Positions 56,781-64,000 of a DNA stretch of 64,000 nucleotides are shown piece by piece (positions within the stretch are counted from its first letter, which is position 1; the number at the start of each line of letters is the position of its first letter). Position numbers and translations under genes: made by a program. The stretch is from the IMG/VR virus record IMGVR_UViG_3300021185_002017; one strand, 5' to 3'. The notes beneath the pieces are model-generated. The model was given only the letters and a program-made list of their open reading frames with translations. It had not been told where the DNA came from and ran no database searches. The DNA is from a virus. Its lineage: Duplodnaviria; Caudoviricetes.

Positions 56781-58234
56781 TTATACTCCACTTTGGTTAC
56801 CGAGTATCTAAACTTTTGTTCAGCATAAAATTGCTTTCTTTTTGTTAGATGTCTCTTACTATACTTTAGATTACTCGTTAAGTCAATCACTTTCAGATAA
56901 TCTTTATCTTCTGCTTTACGGATTCCTCTGCCAATGCTTTGTATAACACGAACAAAACTCTTTCCAGGTTCGAGCAATACAAGGTTAAATATTCGAGGAA
57001 TGTTAATTCCTACTGCGGCAACTCCGTATGTTGCAACAATAACTTTATTATCTGCTTCAGACACTTCAGCATATTCATCCTGCCTGTCTGTTGTTTTCAT
57101 TTTGCCACTGATAAATGTCCAATCAGGATTTCTTTCAGATAGCATTTCTCCAGTTGCAATTCGATCTATTAGTACTAATGTATTGCCATTTACTGCAAGT
57201 CCATTAATGATAGAACTAATTTGATCTATGCGTTGTGGGTCTGTGACCAACCATTTAAGTTCTTGTGCATACCCATTAAACCCTAGTGTACCATCTTGCA
57301 ATTGAAATATATCAATGTCTAAGTCTGCTAGTACGCCCATGTCTTGTAGTTCTTTACTGCTTAGTTCACCTACAACAGGACCTAAGCAACAAGTACAAGC
57401 CACTGCTTCATGTTCGTCTTTGGGTATAGTTCCTGTTAATCCCCAACGCACTGGTACATTAGAGAAAACACTGCTTAGAAGGTCTCTAAGCACATCTGCT
57501 TTTGCTTTGTGTACTTCGTCTACCATTACACATACTACTTCATCTAAAAACTGTTCTATGTCAATTGGTGCTTCACCTTTCTTTGACTTCTTAGATAGCA
57601 TGGATAAACTTTGCCAAGTACAAATGGTATGTGTCTTTGTATACTCTTTTCTATCGCCGAATAGTACTCCAACATCTAAACCTAAATTCTTGTAATCTCT
57701 TTCTGTTTGCACTACCAAGTCTTTGTTTGGTACGATTACTATTGTGCGACCATACTTCTCACACTTGTGACTCAGTACGGCTGTAATAAGTGTTTTACCT
57801 GCTCCTGTTGCTACTTGTTGTAAACACTGTGGATTCTGTAAAAACTTATTAATAACTTTAACTTGATAATCACGCAATATAACTGGCATGCCTTCAACTG
57901 GATGTCCTTTAGGCCATGCTACATGATCATAGTCTGTTGATGTAACATCTTCAAAAGACAATTGAATAGGTTGCCTTTGATCGTTTACTTCTATCTCATA
58001 ACCGGCTTCGGTTACTAATGGTAATAAACGATCAAGCAAATTAAGATAAGTTCTGCCGCCAACATCACAGAATCTTACACAGCCATCCCATCTACCTAGT
58101 TTGTATGCAGGCATATGATATGCATACGGTAAAAAGTATTTGGCTGCTTCGGATATCTTTCTGCGAGTTGCTACATCAAGTCCAACGAACTTGACATTTA
58201 CTTCATCTCTTATTTCTAAAGTTACTTTAGGCAT
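56777..58234 (-). CDS. uvsW: SF2 DNA helicase (UvsW-like)
   Basis: LRDYQ, ATGAGKT, VDEVH, GLTGT, QSIGRGIR. Confidence 0.9.
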   Translation of the reverse strand: MPKVTLEIRDEVNVKFVGLDVATRRKISEAAKYFLPYAYHMPAYKLGRWDGCVRFCDVGGRTYLNLLDRLLPLVTEAGYEIEVNDQRQPIQLSFEDVTSTDYDHVAWPKGHPVEGMPVILRDYQVKVINKFLQNPQCLQQVATGAGKTLITAVLSHKCEKYGRTIVIVPNKDLVVQTERDYKNLGLDVGVLFGDRKEYTKTHTICTWQSLSMLSKKSKKGEAPIDIEQFLDEVVCVMVDEVHKAKADVLRDLLSSVFSNVPVRWGLTGTIPKDEHEAVACTCCLGPVVGELSSKELQDMGVLADLDIDIFQLQDGTLGFNGYAQELKWLVTDPQRIDQISSIINGLAVNGNTLVLIDRIATGEMLSERNPDWTFISGKMKTTDRQDEYAEVSEADNKVIVATYGVAAVGINIPRIFNLVLLEPGKSFVRVIQSIGRGIRKAEDKDYLKVIDLTSNLKYSKRHLTKRKQFYAEQKFRYSVTKVEYK

Positions 58235-58239
58235 ACGCT

Positions 58240-58268
58240 ATTATAGTCTACTTGTATGTTAATGTCAA
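58240..58268 (-). promoter_or_regulatory. Sigma70-type promoter, probably leaderless transcript
   Basis: TTGACA-17-TATAAT ending 5 nt before the ATG. Confidence 0.75.
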
Positions 58269-59822
58269 GAAGAACTTGCGTCCTCCTGCGTCATATCCTG
58301 GTAATACTTCAACAACATCATCTAGTACATCTTGTACTGTAAATGCTAATCCAAGTTTATCAGATAGTTGTTTTCTCAATACAAAGTCTACTGACTTAAT
58401 ATCATCCAACGATGCACCATCATACGGTCCAGGGTCTCTATCAAACTGTGCTGTATAACTTAATTCAGCAGTTGTTTCACCGAAACTAGCAAAGTATGAA
58501 ATACGACCTTTGTACGCAGGTACTCTAGGTTGATCAGTATCTGTATATGCTACAAAAACATTTAAACTACCATAAGGTACAGCATACATGTCTTGGAATC
58601 TGACACCTTTGGTTTCATATTCGCCTGTGTTAACATATTGCTGAGAACTGCCATCGTAGTCAATATTTTCATCAAAGTCATATGCAAAGTATGAAAGACC
58701 TAAGTAACCAATTTCAAATCCAGTTCCTTCTTCAGGCTTCAAACCTAAGTTTGGTTTTACCCATGAGTCGCCGTATTGTTGATACAATGTAGGATTACGA
58801 TAACTTGTACTAATGTTAGCAAAGAAACCTTTACTATTATCAAAGCCAAGTCTGTATACTCTTGCATCTTCACTTACTCGTGTGCCAAACTGCAACTGGT
58901 TGTTATATGTAATAACAGCATAGCCACTAACATCATCCTGTGACTCACCAATGTAGTTTTCTTTATCGTATGTAATACCTGACACAATAGTTGTTACAGG
59001 ATTAAGATTAAAAGTATCTCTGGCATCAAAGTAATAACGATCTGCATCATTTGAATAAGTACTTACACCTTCGGTGAAGTATTCACTTTCAGTTTTGTTA
59101 TAACCAATTGTTACATGTTCGTTCCTTACACTAATGTCAGTCCTTGTACCTTCTTGTACACATTCATTTGACTGTGAAAAAGATGATGTATAACAATTAT
59201 CATAATCGTATTCATAATCTACATGTGACATTGCTAAAGTAAAACCATAAATGTCTCTGACTGATTTAATAGATGTATTTTTATAGTCATCTCTTTCAGT
59301 ATTATCGTTTCGCACACTGTCATTAGATACATCAAATGATGATACACTTATGGAGTCAAGTATTGCTACATTTAGCAATTGATGATGCTCCCCAAGTCTA
59401 AGAACTGCTTGGTCTTCGATTTTGTCATTTATAAACACTGTTCCGCCTAGGCTACCAGAGCCATAAAGAACACTGTTAGGTCCTGAAACAATGTTAACTG
59501 TCTCGAGTCCACTCACAACATCATGTGCAAAGTCATACCAGCCTGAGCCGGAATCATTTGCTGGTACACCGTTCCTGTACACGGTTGTGTGTGTAGTTTG
59601 AGTACCTCGTTCATTAAAGCCAGCAAATCCACCATATCCACCTGCTACAAATGAAGTAGCCGGCATAACAATTTCAATAATTGACATGTCGTCTGTTACA
59701 TCTGTGGTGTCTACTTGACTTACTGTTCCAACGACTACAATCTCTTCAATGAGATTAGAGTCTTCTGCTAAAACTGCATTACTCGTTGCGAGTAATAAAA
59801 GCAGTGTTACTAAGTTTTTCAT
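58248..59822 (-). CDS. TonB-dependent outer-membrane receptor (BtuB-like, short)
   Basis: Signal peptide, TonB-box-like EEIVVVG, plug motifs (NGVP.ND; GPNSVLYGSGSLGGTVFI), C-terminal GRKFFLTLTY. Confidence 0.85.
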   Translation of the reverse strand: MKNLVTLLLLLATSNAVLAEDSNLIEEIVVVGTVSQVDTTDVTDDMSIIEIVMPATSFVAGGYGGFAGFNERGTQTTHTTVYRNGVPANDSGSGWYDFAHDVVSGLETVNIVSGPNSVLYGSGSLGGTVFINDKIEDQAVLRLGEHHQLLNVAILDSISVSSFDVSNDSVRNDNTERDDYKNTSIKSVRDIYGFTLAMSHVDYEYDYDNCYTSSFSQSNECVQEGTRTDISVRNEHVTIGYNKTESEYFTEGVSTYSNDADRYYFDARDTFNLNPVTTIVSGITYDKENYIGESQDDVSGYAVITYNNQLQFGTRVSEDARVYRLGFDNSKGFFANISTSYRNPTLYQQYGDSWVKPNLGLKPEEGTGFEIGYLGLSYFAYDFDENIDYDGSSQQYVNTGEYETKGVRFQDMYAVPYGSLNVFVAYTDTDQPRVPAYKGRISYFASFGETTAELSYTAQFDRDPGPYDGASLDDIKSVDFVLRKQLSDKLGLAFTVQDVLDDVVEVLPGYDAGGRKFFLTLTYK

Positions 59823-59845
59823 TATTTCTCCTTATTAATATAAAT

Positions 59846-59881
59846 GAAAAAAAGTACACTCCCCATAATTGAGGAGTGTAC
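59846..59881 (-). terminator. Intrinsic terminator between ATPase and TBDR genes
   Basis: GTACACTCC...GGAGTGTAC plus T7. Confidence 0.85.
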
Positions 59882-59913
59882 CAGTCGAAGCGTCTAGGCT
59901 ACTGTGGGAGTAT

Positions 59914-60945
59914 TTAAAATCCCAAACGCTTCATACAAGTGCTCTCGGCCAATCCTTTCCAGGTGTCCGGAGACATTTGTTTTAAGTCGGCTATCTTAAG
60001 TACCATTCTTAATGATATCTCTCGAAGCCTACTAGCCTTTTCATGCATAAAGTCTACGACTTCTGCATTACCTTCATCACCAAACTTGTACTCGTCTAGC
60101 ATACCGTCCTTAACAATCTGGTTGATTCTTAAGAAACGATCTTTAACACTATCCATTTCCAAGTCCATGTAGTGACATCTCGACATCAACGCCGCTAAGT
60201 GGTCTTGTATCTTCTTACTACGAACATTCTCGAAGTTCACATTAGTGATAAAGATACAACCTCCTGAGAATTCAAACCTATCTGGAATTCCTTCTCTTCG
60301 CAATGCCGCTGATTCTGACTTCCAACTAATTGTACGCTTCTTACCTGAGTCAAGTACTGCCTTCAACATGTTCAAGCATACCTCATCAAATAAGATACTG
60401 TCACAGTCATCAAACACAAGGATGTCACCTTTGTTTGAATTGTTAAACAATGTTTGGTACAAACCAATTGGTGTCATTGAACCTTTTACAACTTCTGTTC
60501 TCGGTGGACGACCTGCAAGTTTAGTTTCTGCATCGTACATATCGAGAATAGACTCAACACCAAACGACTTACCAACACCCGGAGGGCCACTTACAATAAG
60601 ACCTCTAACAACACCGTTTGCCACAGCATCAGTCATTTGGTCTAGTATATCGAAACGCTCACGGATTCTAGCCATTGCCTGCTCATCAGTTTCTTTAGGC
60701 TTAGCCTCAGTCTCTGGAGCAGTTTCAACAAGTTTCTCACCTTCGGCATCTGCTAAAGGCTCAACACTTGCTAGTGTTGGTACTACAACACGGATTGAAG
60801 TACGCTCTGGTCCTAATAATGCTGATGCATCTACAGTCACAAAGTATCCTTTCTTTCCTTGTTGAGTTGGTTTAATCAAAGGAAACACTCCTTCAATCGG
60901 TTGATTACGGTATACACCATTTTCTATTTTTACAAAGTTTGACAT
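59914..60945 (-). CDS. AAA-family ATPase
   Basis: SGPPGVGKS Walker A, VFDDCD Walker B; GGGAGG SD sets the start. Confidence 0.85.
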   Translation of the reverse strand: MSNFVKIENGVYRNQPIEGVFPLIKPTQQGKKGYFVTVDASALLGPERTSIRVVVPTLASVEPLADAEGEKLVETAPETEAKPKETDEQAMARIRERFDILDQMTDAVANGVVRGLIVSGPPGVGKSFGVESILDMYDAETKLAGRPPRTEVVKGSMTPIGLYQTLFNNSNKGDILVFDDCDSILFDEVCLNMLKAVLDSGKKRTISWKSESAALRREGIPDRFEFSGGCIFITNVNFENVRSKKIQDHLAALMSRCHYMDLEMDSVKDRFLRINQIVKDGMLDEYKFGDEGNAEVVDFMHEKASRLREISLRMVLKIADLKQMSPDTWKGLAESTCMKRLGF

Positions 60946-60985
60946 ATCTAGCCCTCCCACAGGCGTTAATTTAAACAATACATGT

Positions 60986-61014
60986 ATTATACAGTATCAA
61001 TGAGTTCGTGTCAA
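60986..61014 (-). promoter_or_regulatory. Sigma70-type promoter
   Basis: TTGACA-17-TATAAT. Confidence 0.8.
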
Positions 61015-61016
61015 CC

Positions 61017-61163
61017 TTAAAATATAAGGCTAAAAATCCAAAGAACAAGTAAAATACCAGCAAAAGAACCAAGCAATTCTGCACCGTTTTTAGAGCTAAA
61101 CACAGAACCAATAATTGCATACACAAAGTATAATGGTATTAGTGCGGCTATAAACGATAACAT
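61017..61163 (-). CDS. 48-aa two-TM membrane peptide (not in ORF track)
   Basis: MLSFIAALIPLYFVYAIIGSVFSSKNGAELLGSFAGILLVLWIFSLIF; AAGGAG SD and own promoter. Confidence 0.75.
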   Translation of the reverse strand: MLSFIAALIPLYFVYAIIGSVFSSKNGAELLGSFAGILLVLWIFSLIF

Positions 61164-61194
61164 ATTTCTTACTCCTTTTTTGCTTTATGTGTAT

Positions 61195-61255
61195 ATTATA
61201 CAGTCAAAAGCATAAGAAGTCAAGTGAAAATATCACAAATAAATCAATGACTTAC
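61195..61255 (-). promoter_or_regulatory. Sigma70-type promoter with upstream 15-bp motif
   Basis: GTAAGTCATTGATTT-17-TTGACT-17-TATAAT. Confidence 0.75.
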
Positions 61256-61257
61256 GC

Positions 61258-61719
61258 CTAATCTATTGTGATATCTTCCATTCCTGCTGTTCTTAGTTTA
61301 GTGATATGCCCAATTTGCCATTGTTTAGTATCTAGGCCTTTCATAATGCCCAAATACCTATTACGCAATAATGCAAACTGATTGCACAAATGGGTTAGAT
61401 CTATAACAGATTGCTCACCATCAACATACTTTTCAGCATCTCTGCTGGTAAGTTGTCTATTATATGTCTCGAAGAACTTCCTAAACACAACACTACGCTC
61501 CTTACGGAGTGCAATATTTAAGTGTTCAAGGATTGCTTCGATCTCTTGTAATTGATTGAATCGGTGTTCTGTAATACCGGGCAGGGAGGCACTGGCTCTT
61601 TCCAGGCTCCCTTTGATTCGGCATTCATACTTGGCACCGTCAAGTTCATTCTCGAAGTAACTAATAGCATCTACTATGTCACCAAGGTTCGAAGTAACTT
61701 TATTATACCAAGTACTCAT
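61258..61719 (-). CDS. uvsY: Recombination mediator UvsY-like
   Basis: YNRQLTSRDAEKYVDGE...GIMKGLDTKQWQI; next to UvsX. Confidence 0.8.
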   Translation of the reverse strand: MSTWYNKVTSNLGDIVDAISYFENELDGAKYECRIKGSLERASASLPGITEHRFNQLQEIEAILEHLNIALRKERSVVFRKFFETYNRQLTSRDAEKYVDGEQSVIDLTHLCNQFALLRNRYLGIMKGLDTKQWQIGHITKLRTAGMEDITID

Positions 61720-61962
61720 TTAATCCCAATCCCCGTCTTCGTCGTCTTCGTCATCATTTACTGAACTGATTTCAAAATGTGATACAATAGATGCTCTCAT
61801 AATGCCATCAAATTCGTTTAATGAATCTTCGATTTCTCCGATATCTGCGTTTTCGTCAAACACACGAACTAGTTGTTCTGCAGTTTGCAATTTGTCTTTC
61901 TTAGGGACAAAGTGCTTAATGCTATCCCACAACTCGTGTAGGAAACTAATATCATGATTCAT
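61720..61962 (-). CDS. Small acidic hypothetical protein
   Basis: Coupled to the uvsX stop. Confidence 0.7.
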   Translation of the reverse strand: MNHDISFLHELWDSIKHFVPKKDKLQTAEQLVRVFDENADIGEIEDSLNEFDGIMRASIVSHFEISSVNDDEDDEDGDWD

Positions 61963-63058
61963 CTAATGAGTCCTCCATAGGATCAATTACATCTGGCTCA
62001 TCTACCATGTCTTCGTCAACTTCTGCAACTTCTGGAATTTTATCCCATTCATCGATAATGACTTGCAACTTGTCAGATGTCCATCCTTTTCTAAATTCCT
62101 TTATCTCTTCGCCTGTTACAGGTGAGACATAGGATAGTTTATTACCAACTTTAGTAAGTAGACTTTTCTGTTCTAGCATTTCTACTAGACCACTATAAGG
62201 GTCCATTCCGCTTTCATATGGAATCTTGATTTGCACACCTTCAAAAGGTTTGCTGTATCTAGACTTCATAACTTTACATGCGGCACGAATACCTTGTACA
62301 GTAGAAACTTTGTTTCCGTCTAAGTCTTCTTTAAGTTTTAGTTTACGCATAGCAACAACAATACTACTTGCATAGATAAAGCCTTGACCACCGCTGATTT
62401 TATCATCTGGGTCAAACATGTCTTGCGAAGCGTATGTGTGGTTAGTTGCAACAATACCTACTGGGAATGGTGCAATTTGGTTAACCATGTTACGCACTAG
62501 GGCAGTTAGAGCCTTTGGCTTTCTACCCATATCACCTTTCATGTCACCTTTTTCAAATTGTGCTACATCAGTTGGTGTAAGTAACATACCTAAACTATCA
62601 ATAACAAACAACAACTTAGGCATTTCGTCATACTCTAAATCACCGTAGTTACTTTTATAGTCTTTCATAAAGTCACTTAGTGTTTTGGCAACATCATCAA
62701 TCATGCTAACACTAATCTTGAGAAGTTTCTCAGGAGTTGTGTCTACATCTAATGCTTGTAGCCAGTCTTCGTCAAGTGCGTTTTCTGAATCAAACAATAC
62801 AACTTGGCATCCTTGATCCTGTGCCGCCTTTACAATGTTACCGGAACAGATAAAACTTTTACCTGAACCGGACTCACCTGCAAAAACACTTACTTTGCCT
62901 AGTGGAATACCTCTATTGAAGTCTCCACTAATTAAATAGTTAAGTGTGTGGTTACCTGTGCTGATCCAATCTTTTGGATCATGGAAGCCTGCACTAATTC
63001 CACTAATGGATTTAGTCACGGACGTCCTGAACTTTGTTAAGTCAAATGGTTTCTGCAT
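61952..63058 (-). CDS. uvsX: RecA-like recombinase (UvsX)
   Basis: ISTG...LN.LISG, AGESGSGKS, DSENA, VIDSLG, GGQG..YASS. Confidence 0.93.
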   Translation of the reverse strand: MQKPFDLTKFRTSVTKSISGISAGFHDPKDWISTGNHTLNYLISGDFNRGIPLGKVSVFAGESGSGKSFICSGNIVKAAQDQGCQVVLFDSENALDEDWLQALDVDTTPEKLLKISVSMIDDVAKTLSDFMKDYKSNYGDLEYDEMPKLLFVIDSLGMLLTPTDVAQFEKGDMKGDMGRKPKALTALVRNMVNQIAPFPVGIVATNHTYASQDMFDPDDKISGGQGFIYASSIVVAMRKLKLKEDLDGNKVSTVQGIRAACKVMKSRYSKPFEGVQIKIPYESGMDPYSGLVEMLEQKSLLTKVGNKLSYVSPVTGEEIKEFRKGWTSDKLQVIIDEWDKIPEVAEVDEDMVDEPDVIDPMEDSLDES

Positions 63059-63068
63059 GTTAGTCTCC

Positions 63069-64000
63069 TTAAGAACGGTTTCTAATCATGTTCAGAATAT
63101 CATCTGCACTCGCATTACTTGCAGGAGCCGCCGCTGCTGGTTCTGCTACTGGAGCAGGCTCAGGAGTTACCGGTGCTGGTGCTGGTGCTGCAGGTGCCGC
63201 TGTTTCTACTACAGGTGCTGTTGGTGCTACCGGAGCCGGAGCCGGTGCTTGTTGAGCTGGTGCTGTAGTTGCTTGTACGCCTGATTGCACAGCATTTGCA
63301 GGAACTTCAACGCCATATGGCTTGTAGAAGTTACCCCATCTTGCTGGATCATAAAGTTCGCCATCTACACTTGCTTGGAACATTTCGCTAATTGCTTGGT
63401 AATGTTCAGCAGTAGGTTGTGCAGGTAAGTAATCTTTTAGATTAAACAAACCGTTTGCATCAATAGCTGCAAGTTGAGTTTCATCTAATGAACTCTCTTT
63501 ACGAGCCCACTTTGAAGTACTGTAGTCTGCATATTGACCTTTGGTTGTTTTACTAACACGGAAGTCTGTACCGTTAAGGTAATCAGTTGGAATATTTTCC
63601 ATATCCGGGTCCATCAAAGATGACTTGATGATGTTAAAGATTTGAGGTGAAATTACAAATCTACGAATTGGGTTTTCAGGTGCTTCCTCGTTCAAAGGAT
63701 TATCTGTAACAAAACCGTTAAAGATATATGAACGCTTTTTCCAGTACTTACGACCCATGTCTTCTAGACTTGCATCTTTAAACCAAGGACGAACCTCAGT
63801 TAATACTGGACAAGTGTCACCGTACATTTCACCGCAAGGTACTTGTACTGTAACTGGTTTGTTTTCTCCGCCTAATACACCTGGGAAGGTTAGACGAATC
63901 ATTTGACGCTCTACCCAAAAGAAGTCGTTAGTAGTGTCACTGTCAGGTAAAAACCTAAGTGTTGCACTTGTTCCTTCGTCGATATTCCAGTGTGGATAAA
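63069..64000 (-). CDS. Single-stranded DNA-binding protein (gp32-like), 5' end outside window
   Basis: Frame stays open to the window edge: YPHWNIDEGTSATLRFLPD...FFWVERQMI...CPV...KYWKK; Pro/Ala linker. Confidence 0.88.
   Translation of the reverse strand, partial: YPHWNIDEGTSATLRFLPDSDTTNDFFWVERQMIRLTFPGVLGGENKPVTVQVPCGEMYGDTCPVLTEVRPWFKDASLEDMGRKYWKKRSYIFNGFVTDNPLNEEAPENPIRRFVISPQIFNIIKSSLMDPDMENIPTDYLNGTDFRVSKTTKGQYADYSTSKWARKESSLDETQLAAIDANGLFNLKDYLPAQPTAEHYQAISEMFQASVDGELYDPARWGNFYKPYGVEVPANAVQSGVQATTAPAQQAPAPAPVAPTAPVVETAAPAAPAPAPVTPEPAPVAEPAAAAPASNASADDILNMIRNRS

Noticed and set aside
59823-59913. Cobalamin riboswitch upstream of the BtuB-like gene
   Set aside because: Too short, and no B12-box or GGGAA/GCCACTG elements seen.
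18868-63058. Introns or inteins in nrdA, nrdB, helicase, uvsW or uvsX
   Set aside because: Lengths are typical and motifs contiguous; the HNH at 6548-7057 is free-standing.
1-64000. Stop-codon reassignment
   Set aside because: Core genes are full length in code 11, TAG and TGA terminate genes (e.g. 38374, 17762, 19965), and there is no suppressor tRNA.
1-64000. CRISPR array or DGR template/variable repeats
   Set aside because: No spaced direct repeats, duplicated ~100-bp segments or reverse transcriptase seen; the only repeats are coding tandem repeats.

Overview
Fragment of a large, AT-rich, T4-related (jumbo-type) myovirus genome, almost all on the minus strand. No CRISPR array, rRNA, intron/intein or codon recoding is evident. 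Left ~19 kb: an accessory region with 11 CCA-encoding tRNAs, a nucleotide-sugar cassette, several 2OG-Fe(II) oxygenases, three SGNH-like paralogues, glycosyltransferases, a class-3 lipase, a subtilase, a PAAR protein and a promoter-driven structured RNA leader. Then nrdAB and a tail/baseplate-type gene. From about 27 to 45 kb is a late-promoter block in which most proteins start with a T4 capsid-targeting-like leader and carry unexpected cargo (Fe/Mn-SOD, sigma70 region 4, ParB-like, amidoligase plus nuclease-like, ligase-like KxDG). Right third: T4-like replication/recombination core (helicase, primase, gp62-like, UvsW, UvsY, UvsX, gp32), a miniature DnaE, MazG-like, thyX, a metK-apt-nucleosidase SAM module, a lipoprotein and a TonB-dependent receptor. 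A marine proteobacterial host is an inference only. All product calls come from motif recognition by eye; no database searches were run.
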